From: a bacterium
Lineage (GTDB): Bacteria > Chlamydiota > Chlamydiia > Chlamydiales > 2-12-FULL-49-11
DNA length: 64,000 bases
Direction: 5' to 3'
Assembly: GCA_021847505.1 (NCBI GenBank)
Contig: JAJZEO010000072.1
Coordinates: 4,417-68,416 of the forward strand
Shown piece after piece: positions 1-8,887 of the stretch. The translations under genes were made by a program, and so were the position numbers. The stretch's first letter is position 1. Each line of letters opens with the position of its first letter. The notes below the pieces were generated by a model that saw only the letters and a list, made by a program, of their open reading frames with translations, was not told where the DNA came from and ran no database searches.

Positions 1-854
1 AACATTCGTGCACCTGCATTCAAGAAAGCCGTTCGCACATCATTCGTTGTTTTCAATTTTAATTCTTTACGCATTTCTGCATCGGGGCATAAGGCTACTT
101 CCCAGTTTTGAACAAGGGTGGGTACTGTTCCAGGAGGAAAACCAAATCTTAAACAATCGAGTTCGCGTAAGTCTGGGCTCGATCCTTCAACCTTTCCAAA
201 TATGCTAGGGAATAAATCAGGGAGAGTTCCGTAGATGGACCTATGAAAAACCCGTGCAATTCGATCAAGTAGTAGTCTAGAAGAGCTAAAATCCTCAGGG
301 AAGTGGCCTTGTTCAAATGAAGTAATGATTTGAAATCCAATGGCAGCCTCAGTCCAAGTCAGCTGTCTAGAAAATACTAAATGACGAAGAGTTGCAAGAG
401 CTGTATGTTGAACATTTGTAAGAATGCTGTGATAGGGCCTTGGCCGTGCGATAAAACAGGCCCTTTGTAAACTCAGGGCTTCAAAAAATGTATGTGATAT
501 TTTAGTTAAGGTGCTTATGACCCAAGCAGGGGTAAATCTATCCTGATTTGAAGTGAAACGAAAGACGCCCTCAACTATATCAGGACCTAAAATGCCCTCA
601 TTTGAACGGGGTAACTCCTCAAGAGTTCTCTTTTGACCTGGTAAGCTTGCGTGAATAAATCTTAGTTGGGCAAGCATTCTTCCAGAAAAAAGATCATCAT
701 GTCGAGAATAAATATAATTGAGGTAAGGATCTGTGACACGGGAACTCCTTTGATGCAAGAACCTTCCATTAAAACATGGAGGTGCCGAAGGGGGCCTTCT
801 GTGAAACTCAGAAGGACTTACATCTCGCGCAAATGTAATTCTTAATTCATCCAT
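1..854 (-). CDS. Hypothetical protein, 5' end complete, 3' end runs off the window (not in the supplied ORF track)
   Basis: Manual translation of the minus strand from the ATG at 854 (preceded by an in-frame TAA) stays open for 284 codons to position 1 (MDELRITFARDVSPSEFHRRPPSAPP...NAGARM). It is co-directional with valS and 74 bp downstream of it. I recognise no motif. Confidence 0.5.
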   Translation of the reverse strand, partial: MDELRITFARDVSPSEFHRRPPSAPPCFNGRFLHQRSSRVTDPYLNYIYSRHDDLFSGRMLAQLRFIHASLPGQKRTLEELPRSNEGILGPDIVEGVFRFTSNQDRFTPAWVISTLTKISHTFFEALSLQRACFIARPRPYHSILTNVQHTALATLRHLVFSRQLTWTEAAIGFQIITSFEQGHFPEDFSSSRLLLDRIARVFHRSIYGTLPDLFPSIFGKVEGSSPDLRELDCLRFGFPPGTVPTLVQNWEVALCPDAEMRKELKLKTTNDVRTAFLNAGARM

Positions 855-928
855 TGTTGATCTAGCCTCATATTGTTATGGAGCAGTCTATCACAACTCC
901 AAAAGAACATAAAGGTGAAATAAAGAAT

Positions 929-3766
929 TTATAAAGAAGTAAGTTTGCTTTCCATCTCTTTTTTCTTTTCCTCTGCTTCGGCTAGGGAGAGTCTTGTTTT
1001 TTTTACCAATTCTTCAGGGGCTTTTTGAATAAACAAGGGATTTGAAAGTTTGTTTGATAGCTGCTCTATGATTTGTGTATGCTTTTCTAATTCTTTTTCA
1101 AGTCGAGCCCTCTCCTTTTCTAGGAGCTCTACAGGAAGAGGAATCAGTAGCTTTACACCCCTCACAAAGGCTGTGGATGCATGGGGAATATTGGGCTCAA
1201 GTTCTCTCGTAAACTCGAACTTTCCGATTTTTACGAGAGACAGCAGAAGTTCTCGATGGGGGGCTATATGATCGCCATGAATAATATATAGATCCGATGC
1301 AATCATGGGAGGAACCTGCATCTCGGCCCGTATGTTGCGGACAGCATAGACAATTTCACATACTTCATTAAAGTTTTCTTCCGCTTGGTCAGAGATCATT
1401 AATTTATCAAAAATTCGGGGAAAAGGAGCATTTGCAATGATGTCGCAGTTCAAAGAAGTGGCCAAATCCTTACAATATTCATCTGTTATCGAGAAGTCGC
1501 TTAAGCGAGGAAAGCGGCTTTTGAGTAAGGAAAAGAGTTCTTCTGTGATAAAGGGAGCAATAGGATGAAGAATGCGGATGGCCGCAGAAAGGAGGATAAC
1601 GAGAAGTTTTTGTTTATTGGATCGGATTTCTTTCGTGCCCGCCTTTCCAAAAAGGTAAGGCTTAACGGCTTCAAGATAGTAGGCGCAAAATTCATCCCAA
1701 AAAAAGGTGTAAGATCTTTTGGCAATGATATCAAAATCATAGCTTGTATAAGCCGATTCAATGGTTTGGATGGCTTTACCTAATCTAGAAAGAATCCACT
1801 GATCATCTAGAGTAAAGAGGGAGGGGTCTAAGCCTTTTGAAAGCTCCTGGTCATCGAGAGCAGGCATTAATGTCTTCTCATTTTCTCCCAAGTTCATGAA
1901 GACAAAGCGGGAGGCGTTCCAAACTTTATTAGCGAAGTTTTTGTATTCTTCGAATCGTCTGCGATCTAGATCTATCTGCCTTGCATGAGTGACGCATGAA
2001 GTGAGAGCGAGTCTCATCGCATCGGCACCATACTCATCAATGATCTCGATGGGATCGATTACATTCCCCTTTGATTTAGACATTTTTTCCCATTTTACTT
2101 TTACATCGGAGGGGATTTCTTCTCCAAGTTCGTAGGCAAGACGCTCCTTGCCAAGAATGTAACTTATCGACCCATCTTGATTCGTGCGCCAGTAGGACTT
2201 GCCATAAATTAAACCATGGACAAAGGCTTCCCGGAAAGGGATATCGCCAGCGGCATATTCACCCATGGCAATCATTCGAGCCACCCAAAAAAAGAGAATG
2301 TCATGCCCGGTAATCAACACAGAGGTTGGATAAAACTTTTTGAGTTCATCAGTTTTTTCAGGCCATCCAAGTGTGGTTAGAGGCCAAAGACCTGAAGAGA
2401 ACCAAGTGTCAAGGACATCATGATCTTGCTCCCACATAGCAGGTTCCTTTTCCACCTCAGGAGGATTACCCTCTCCTGCAAAGCAAATGATTTTCGAAGG
2501 ATCAGCTTTATGGTACCAGACAGGAATTCTATGTCCCCACCAAAGTTGGCGTGAGATACACCAATCGCGAAGGTTTTCAATCCAGTGGTTGTAGACTTTT
2601 TCCCATTCTTCAGGGATAAGCTTTACCCGTTTAGATTTTACGGCATCAAGAAGCTTTTGCTTAAAAGGGCCCATTTTAACAAACCACTGCTTAGATAAGT
2701 AGGGTTCTATGACCGCCTTTGTGCGATAAGAAACCCCAACCCGTTGTGCGTGAGGTTCGATCTTTTCTAATTGACCACTGGTTCTAAGGGTTTTGACGAT
2801 CTCTTCTCGAGCTTTCTCTGTTGTCAATCCAGCAAAAGGACCGGCATGGGCATTAAGTGTTCCATCGGGATTTAAAATATTGATCAAGGGTAAACCGTGC
2901 CTAGCACATACCTCATAGTCATTGAAATCATGAGCGGGAGTCATTTTAACAGCCCCAGTTCCAAAACTTGGGTCAACATAATGGTCTTCGATGATCCCAA
3001 TAGGTCGATTAATGACGGGAATGAGCACTTTGCGCCCTACAAGGCCAGCATATCGGACATCATTGATGGCTATAGCTACCGCAACATCTCCCATCATCGT
3101 CTCGGGACGTGTAGTTGCAACCGTCAAGCTTTGGTCGCTGCCATCTATTTTGTACTTAATGTAATAAAGAGTCGACTCTCTTTCTTCGTATTCTACTTCA
3201 TCATCGGCGATTGCTGTTTGCAATACAGTGTCCCAATTGACGAGGTAGTCGCCGCGGTAGATGAGACCATCGTCGAACATCTTTTTGAAGATTGTTTTAA
3301 CAGCTTTGGTTGCCGGCTCATCCATCGTGAATCGGAGTCTTGACCAATCGAGACCCGAGCCGATCTTTTGCAATTGGTCCAAAATGCGGTGTTCATGCGT
3401 CTCTTTCCACTCCCACACATGAGAAAGGAACTCTTCTCGAGAAAAGTCGCTTCGTCTTTTCCCTGTCAATGCGTACAAATGACGCTCCACCACTGTTTGG
3501 GTTGCAATGCCAGCATGATCTGTGCCGGGGAGCCAAAGGACCTCGTAACCTTTCATTTTTTTATAACGGATCAAAATATCTTGAAGGGTATTGACAAGCG
3601 CGTGCCCCATATGTAAAGAGCCAGTCACATTGGGAGGGGGTAGAACAATGGAGAAGGGCGGCTTTTTGCTTTGGGGATTTGCCCTAAAAAGTTGGTTTTC
3701 CTTCCAAAATGTGTGCCACTTCTCTTCAACGAGTGAAGGGTCATATGATTTAGACTGCTGTTTCAT
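929..3766 (-). CDS. valS: Valyl-tRNA synthetase
   Basis: 945-aa ORF with class I aaRS signatures PPPNVTGSLHMGHA (HIGH) and KMSKSKGN (KMSKS). It has a long editing insertion and a C-terminal coiled coil typical of ValRS. Confidence 0.97.
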   Translation of the reverse strand: MKQQSKSYDPSLVEEKWHTFWKENQLFRANPQSKKPPFSIVLPPPNVTGSLHMGHALVNTLQDILIRYKKMKGYEVLWLPGTDHAGIATQTVVERHLYALTGKRRSDFSREEFLSHVWEWKETHEHRILDQLQKIGSGLDWSRLRFTMDEPATKAVKTIFKKMFDDGLIYRGDYLVNWDTVLQTAIADDEVEYEERESTLYYIKYKIDGSDQSLTVATTRPETMMGDVAVAIAINDVRYAGLVGRKVLIPVINRPIGIIEDHYVDPSFGTGAVKMTPAHDFNDYEVCARHGLPLINILNPDGTLNAHAGPFAGLTTEKAREEIVKTLRTSGQLEKIEPHAQRVGVSYRTKAVIEPYLSKQWFVKMGPFKQKLLDAVKSKRVKLIPEEWEKVYNHWIENLRDWCISRQLWWGHRIPVWYHKADPSKIICFAGEGNPPEVEKEPAMWEQDHDVLDTWFSSGLWPLTTLGWPEKTDELKKFYPTSVLITGHDILFFWVARMIAMGEYAAGDIPFREAFVHGLIYGKSYWRTNQDGSISYILGKERLAYELGEEIPSDVKVKWEKMSKSKGNVIDPIEIIDEYGADAMRLALTSCVTHARQIDLDRRRFEEYKNFANKVWNASRFVFMNLGENEKTLMPALDDQELSKGLDPSLFTLDDQWILSRLGKAIQTIESAYTSYDFDIIAKRSYTFFWDEFCAYYLEAVKPYLFGKAGTKEIRSNKQKLLVILLSAAIRILHPIAPFITEELFSLLKSRFPRLSDFSITDEYCKDLATSLNCDIIANAPFPRIFDKLMISDQAEENFNEVCEIVYAVRNIRAEMQVPPMIASDLYIIHGDHIAPHRELLLSLVKIGKFEFTRELEPNIPHASTAFVRGVKLLIPLPVELLEKERARLEKELEKHTQIIEQLSNKLSNPLFIQKAPEELVKKTRLSLAEAEEKKKEMESKLTSL

Positions 3767-6588
3767 GAAAATATTCTAGTATATCCCGCTGTTTTGTTCA
3801 ATTTTCTTTCATAGAAAATAGTTTTTGAGCGTTTAGAGGAAGAATGATAAAACAAGACCAACTGGCGATAAAGTTGAGTTTTTTCATAGCTAAAAAGGCC
3901 ATCCACCCAACCTTTGCCTTCTTTTTCCTTCTTAAGGTAATGGCTGAGGAGGGAAAAAACAGGAGGAAAGGCGAACTCAATGCTCCTATCAAAATGTTCA
4001 AGGGCAGGGGCAAGGCCAATCGTTTGGGCGAGCATGCATCCGTAGAGAAAGAAGAAGGGGGAGTGGCATCTTTGTGTGCTGAGCCTCTCTTTTGTAAGAA
4101 GTAAATCTCTTGCTTTTTCGCTCTGCTTAAGCAGTAAAAGGGCCCAAATGCGTAAGACGAGCGCTTGCTCTTCTACTTTGGGGCTTAATTCAAATGCAGA
4201 AAGTTTTTTCAAGGCCAAAAGAGCTTTGTCGGCAGATTTTCTGGTAAGAGCACTTTCAATCTCAAAAAAGATTGGTCTAACCATACGAGGATTAGGCTTG
4301 GGCGGTAGAAGCTCAATCAACTTATCGACATCGTGATGTTTTGGCTCAAGGTACCCAAGAAGACGCAAGGCATATTCGATGTTTTCTTTAAGGAGGGGGG
4401 AGGTTTCTTCTGAGTGAAGATCTCTCAACACGACCGGTTTGTCCAACCAAAAAGCAACCTGGATAGCCATAAAGCGGTACCGTTCCGCTAAGGAATTAAA
4501 ATTTTCCACATCAGAGAAAAAGTAGAGCTTTTCTGAGTAAGTCGATAGGTTATGAATCAGGGCATGTGTCTCTCGGTTCGCAAGCTGATGGGAAAGATGT
4601 CTGAGAGTAATTAAAGCGAAGCTATAAACGCCAATTCGGTCATTTTTTGCACTTTCATGGAGCCTAAACAAAACCCTCTCTTCGATTAGATGTGCTAAAG
4701 GATCTTTATTGAACTTGCGTATAGCGAGCTCTAAGCATTTCAATTCTTCCTCTAAATCGCCCCGTCTTCGATAAACAAGAGATTTGCCTAAATACTCGAG
4801 TGGTTCGCCGCGCGTATTGTGGAGTCTTTGAAACGTAGCTAAAGCCCTTTCATAAAGTTCGTCACGAGCTTCTTCACTGGGATTGACCTTTGCTTCTTCA
4901 ATCAAAGTAATTCCTAAACGAAAGAGAGCCTCTCGTCCTTGAATCCGTCCTGCAAAGGATTCAGCAATCCTCTCGTACTCAAGAGCAGCTTCTTTGAAGT
5001 TCTTTGAAGCTAGGAATGCATCAGGAACAGAAAGACACCCGACCATTGCATTATGAGAGCCAACGTAGACTTTAAATGAAGTAAGGCTAAATTCCATATC
5101 TTGGCACAGAAGCCCTACGTGAGTGCCGACAATAGGAAGCGGATCGGTATAGCTTAAGACTAATTCATGATTGATGAAAAGGCGAACTGTTTGGTCCATT
5201 TTTTCAATCTCAATGAATGTTTCTTCATCAGAAGGGATCGATTTGCCCTCAAGTTCAACTAAGGTGACATGAGAGCGGTGCAATTTAATTCCAGGGGACT
5301 TTTTTGTCCCAATCCATAGGCAATAACCATCTTCAAGTCCTTCTCTTTCTTTTGGTTCAGGGATGTTGAGCAAGAAGCCAATTCCCTCTGAGTTGGGATT
5401 CACTGTCAGTTTTGCTGTAATTTTCTTATTCCCTGAGAACGATTGTTTGGAAATCATCAAAATAAACCATTGCATGATCTCGGTAGAACGGGTGATGGGG
5501 ATCAATTTGCTCATCAAAACGTTTTCCTGAAGCTCCCAATCACTTTGACGGTCAACATTAAGTTCACCCTGCAAGATCCAATCAGGCAAACCAGAATTAT
5601 ACCTATCTAAATCACGCAAAAGCTCAGCGACAGAACCGTACCGCTGTTCAATGGTGGTTGCCAAACATTTTTTGGTAATCTCTGAGAGTTGGGGTGGAAT
5701 ATCGCGATAGGGAGCAGCTTCGAGAGCATCTGTGAGAGTTTCATGTTTTCGGATTTTTTTGTATTCCTCAATAGTGGTCCGTTGAAAAGGCATACGAAGT
5801 GTCAAAAGTTGGTAGAGGATGACACCAAGAGCGTAAATATCTGAATGGACCCCGGCTGGCTCTCCATCGACCCTTTCGGGAGGCATGTAGGAAAGAGTAC
5901 CGATCACTTTGCCCGGACGGGTCAAATTGTGAGTCGACCGGCGCTCTTCTGTGACTACTTTAACTTCAGGCATTGATTCTTCGTTTTCATCGATGTAGCC
6001 TGCTAATCCCCAATCGAGAATGAGCACCTGTCCAAAATTGCCCACCATGATATTTTCCGGCTTTAGATCCCGATGTAAGATCCCCATCGAATGGCAGTAA
6101 GAGACAGCTTGGCAAACACTCGTAAAAATTCTCAGCAAATGAGTAATCGAAATTCCAATCGGATGAGGAGGGGAGCCGCTCTTCTCTCTCCGAATCGTAT
6201 CCCGTAATATATCTTTAAGGGTCGCCCCTTCTACGTAGGGCATTACGTAGTAGAGGTCGTTCTCTGATTGATGAATAGAATATACGGGAATAATAGACGG
6301 GTGGAAGAGGGAGGCTGTGATTTTCGCCTCTTTTAGGAATCTTCTGCGGACAACCTTATGTTGGATCAGGTCAGATCGGACCCGTTTAATCGCCAAGGTA
6401 CGATCTACAGAGGGATCTTTCCCCAGAAATACTTCGCCCATTCCCCCCCTTGCCAGACGAGACTGGATTTTATAGGGACCAATGATTTCGGGGACTGGCT
6501 CTGTTTTTTCTTGTGGATTGACGCGTTCCATGGTTCCCGAGCCTATCATATTTAAAGATTGATTCAAAACGAATGTTTTTGTTAACAT
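3763..6588 (-). CDS. pknD: Ser/Thr protein kinase, chlamydial PknD type, with a long C-terminal helical-repeat region
   Basis: Hanks kinase motifs are present: GGMGEVFLG, AIKRV, HRDLKPENIM, DWGLA, SYMPPE. The ~650-aa non-kinase C-terminus matches the PknD architecture. The stop overlaps the valS start by 4 nt. The real start is probably internal (Met at 6531, MERVNPQEK), because 6588 lies only 6 bp from the divergent trpS. Confidence 0.88.
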   Translation of the reverse strand: MLTKTFVLNQSLNMIGSGTMERVNPQEKTEPVPEIIGPYKIQSRLARGGMGEVFLGKDPSVDRTLAIKRVRSDLIQHKVVRRRFLKEAKITASLFHPSIIPVYSIHQSENDLYYVMPYVEGATLKDILRDTIRREKSGSPPHPIGISITHLLRIFTSVCQAVSYCHSMGILHRDLKPENIMVGNFGQVLILDWGLAGYIDENEESMPEVKVVTEERRSTHNLTRPGKVIGTLSYMPPERVDGEPAGVHSDIYALGVILYQLLTLRMPFQRTTIEEYKKIRKHETLTDALEAAPYRDIPPQLSEITKKCLATTIEQRYGSVAELLRDLDRYNSGLPDWILQGELNVDRQSDWELQENVLMSKLIPITRSTEIMQWFILMISKQSFSGNKKITAKLTVNPNSEGIGFLLNIPEPKEREGLEDGYCLWIGTKKSPGIKLHRSHVTLVELEGKSIPSDEETFIEIEKMDQTVRLFINHELVLSYTDPLPIVGTHVGLLCQDMEFSLTSFKVYVGSHNAMVGCLSVPDAFLASKNFKEAALEYERIAESFAGRIQGREALFRLGITLIEEAKVNPSEEARDELYERALATFQRLHNTRGEPLEYLGKSLVYRRRGDLEEELKCLELAIRKFNKDPLAHLIEERVLFRLHESAKNDRIGVYSFALITLRHLSHQLANRETHALIHNLSTYSEKLYFFSDVENFNSLAERYRFMAIQVAFWLDKPVVLRDLHSEETSPLLKENIEYALRLLGYLEPKHHDVDKLIELLPPKPNPRMVRPIFFEIESALTRKSADKALLALKKLSAFELSPKVEEQALVLRIWALLLLKQSEKARDLLLTKERLSTQRCHSPFFFLYGCMLAQTIGLAPALEHFDRSIEFAFPPVFSLLSHYLKKEKEGKGWVDGLFSYEKTQLYRQLVLFYHSSSKRSKTIFYERKLNKTAGYTRIFS

Positions 6589-6594
6589 TTTGCC

Positions 6595-7620
6595 ATGTCA
6601 AAGAAAGTCATACTATCAGGAGATAGACCCACAGGCCCTCTCCATATTGGGCACTATCTTGGAACGCTTAAGAGTCGGGTTGAGATGCAACACGACTACG
6701 AAACGTTCATTATGGTGGCCGATGCACAGGCAATCACCGATAATGTGGGAGATATCGCTAAAGTTCGAAATAATATCTTTGAAGTGGTTTGCGACTATCT
6801 TGCCGTGGGGATTGATCCAAAAATCAGCCATATTTTTATCCAGTCGTGTTTGCCACAACTACCTGAGCTGACCATGTATTTTCTCAATGTCGTTTCGATC
6901 CAAAGAATCGGACATAATCCCACTGTTAAGTCGGAAATGAAAACTCGTGGTTATACGGACAGCGTTCCCGCGGGATTTTATCTCTATCCGATCTATCAAG
7001 TGGCTGATATTGTCGCCTTTGGTACTCACGTGGTGCCTGTGGGCAATGACCAAGTCCCTATGATTGAGCTTGCCCGAGATGTCGTCCGAAATTTCAACGA
7101 ACAGTTTAACAAAGAAGTTTTGGTTCTTCCTGAGGTATACCAGCCCAAAATTGGGGCGAGACTGCCAGGGGTTGACGGGAATAAAATGTCTAAGTCACAA
7201 GGGAATGCTATCTATCTTTCTGATGAAAATGATGAGATCATCAAGAAGATTAAAAAGATGAAATCAGACCCTAATCGAAAAAGCCTCGAAGATCCAGGTG
7301 ATCCTAGTGAGGCTGTCGCCTTCAGTTACCTTGAAGCCTTTCATCCCGACCCAAGACGAGTCGAAGAGCTCAAGGAGCACTACCAGCGGGGAGGAATGCC
7401 CGATAAAGTCCTAAAAGAGGAAACTGCCCAAGTCCTCATCGCATTCATTGAGCCAATTAGAGAAAGGCGTAAGGAGTTCTCATCCCAGCCTGATCTTGTC
7501 TATGAGATCATCCGTAAGGGAACAATGGCCGCCGAAGCTAAAGCAGCTAAGACTCTCGCTGCTGTGAAAGAAGCAATGGGCATCAATTATCCTTTCATTA
7601 AGCCTCATGTGTTACAATAA
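6595..7620 (+). CDS. trpS: Tryptophanyl-tRNA synthetase
   Basis: 341 aa with GDRPTGPLHIGHYLG (HIGH) and KMSKSQGN (KMSKS). The size is typical of bacterial TrpRS. Confidence 0.95.
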   Translation: MSKKVILSGDRPTGPLHIGHYLGTLKSRVEMQHDYETFIMVADAQAITDNVGDIAKVRNNIFEVVCDYLAVGIDPKISHIFIQSCLPQLPELTMYFLNVVSIQRIGHNPTVKSEMKTRGYTDSVPAGFYLYPIYQVADIVAFGTHVVPVGNDQVPMIELARDVVRNFNEQFNKEVLVLPEVYQPKIGARLPGVDGNKMSKSQGNAIYLSDENDEIIKKIKKMKSDPNRKSLEDPGDPSEAVAFSYLEAFHPDPRRVEELKEHYQRGGMPDKVLKEETAQVLIAFIEPIRERRKEFSSQPDLVYEIIRKGTMAAEAKAAKTLAAVKEAMGINYPFIKPHVLQ

Positions 7621-7648
7621 TTATTATTAAATAATATTTAGCGTAATT

Positions 7649-8887
7649 ATGCATTTAGAAGGGCTAAAAGACTTTTCTTCTTCAATTCATAAACTCTTAG
7701 AATTTAATACTTATTTCGAGATCAAGAAGTCAAATGAAGGGTATCATTTTTATCCCCTGCACCGGACAGAATTTGCAAGATATGTGACTTCAGTTCATCA
7801 GTTTGCGAAAGAATTCTCTGAAGAAGTAGCCATTCACGATATTACTGTAATGTCGAATAAAGAAATGGCCCCGCTTATTGAGATTTCTGAATTTCTCCAG
7901 AAGTTTTTAAAAAAATACGAGAAAGTGGGTTCCAAAGGTCCTTGGAAGGAAGAAATGGATGAAATTGGCAAGTATGCTCTTTCTCTATCTTTAGGGGCCA
8001 AAATTTCAGTTGCTGAGCTTGATAAAATGGACCCAGAGGCTAAGAAATTCCTTCTAGTCAATGAGTTTGCGAAGAAAAGCCTGTTCTTTAGACTCCCGAT
8101 ACGTTCTACCTGGGATGAGGGGGTCTTATTTCCTGTAGAGATTCAGGCAAAGCTATTTCATCAGGTTCCTTTTAAGAAGATGAGACGAGAGGAGCTCAAA
8201 GATTTTCAAGGGAAAAAAATTGGCTATCGATTTTATTTAGGAAGCCATTTTCTTTTTCAAACAGATCAAGAGTTGAGATTAAACGAAAATTTTTCCCTTC
8301 TTGCAGATGGGATTGCTCATTATCATCGGATTAAGTCTTCAACGCTCTATAGAACTTTAAAACAGACTCCCGAAGATGTTGAAAGTAAAAACTCCATTGA
8401 AATTTGGAAGAATTTAGAAAAATCACAACTTTCACTCGTAATGAAACGCGAGGATGGTTCGATTTTTTCTATTGGAATTCTAGATGATCGGTTTGTTTCT
8501 CCTGATCCGAAGTTTCTGAGTAGAAAGGAGAGGGCAAAAACGATTAAATATATCCTCCCTTGTACACGTGATCAGATCAATCTCTTAAAGAAAAAAATCG
8601 AAGACGCTCGATTTGCGCTTTCTGAAAAAAGAAATCAACTTTGCTTGATGGAAGTAGTTTCAGCAGCATTAGGCAAGCCGTTGGCACCGAAGGCACCTCT
8701 TATGTCAAGACATCGTTGGATCGCAACATTGATTCTTCCCTTGGGAATTATTAAAAGGGTGTTCAAAAAGCAAAATTGCACACCCTCGCAGTTTTCAGAA
8801 CTGATGAAAAATCCTCATCACCAATATTGCTTAGACGTCAAAAAACTTAAGCATTTGTTAGAAAATGAAAGGGGGGGGCAATTGTGA
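7649..8887 (+). CDS. Hypothetical protein, paralogue A of a tandem pair
   Basis: 412-aa ORF that overlaps the next ORF by 4 nt. It is collinear by eye with the next ORF (LSLSLGAKISVAEL / LSIKLGGKVPVEWL; FFRLPIRSTWDEGVLFPVEI / ALRLQVPFDYADGPFIPVKL; DGIAHY / DGIQRY; EIWKN / EVWTV; GSIFSIG / GYIRSVG; NQLCLMEVV / KKNCVSYTL). Confidence 0.6.
   Translation: MHLEGLKDFSSSIHKLLEFNTYFEIKKSNEGYHFYPLHRTEFARYVTSVHQFAKEFSEEVAIHDITVMSNKEMAPLIEISEFLQKFLKKYEKVGSKGPWKEEMDEIGKYALSLSLGAKISVAELDKMDPEAKKFLLVNEFAKKSLFFRLPIRSTWDEGVLFPVEIQAKLFHQVPFKKMRREELKDFQGKKIGYRFYLGSHFLFQTDQELRLNENFSLLADGIAHYHRIKSSTLYRTLKQTPEDVESKNSIEIWKNLEKSQLSLVMKREDGSIFSIGILDDRFVSPDPKFLSRKERAKTIKYILPCTRDQINLLKKKIEDARFALSEKRNQLCLMEVVSAALGKPLAPKAPLMSRHRWIATLILPLGIIKRVFKKQNCTPSQFSELMKNPHHQYCLDVKKLKHLLENERGGQL

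Noticed and set aside
1006-1016. 11-nt match (CCAATTCTTCA) to the terminus of the menA palindromic element, inside valS
   Set aside because: It does not extend beyond 11 nt and has no inverted partner nearby. It encodes an ordinary part of the ValRS C-terminal helix (PEELVKK), so it is most likely chance.
2897-3343. 148-aa plus-strand ORF, together with other 60-90-aa ORFs (1050..1271, 1501..1783, 3193..3779), inside valS
   Set aside because: They are antisense or out-of-frame shadow ORFs wholly contained in a confidently identified 945-aa valS. They have low-complexity, Ser/Cys/Phe-rich translations and no start context.
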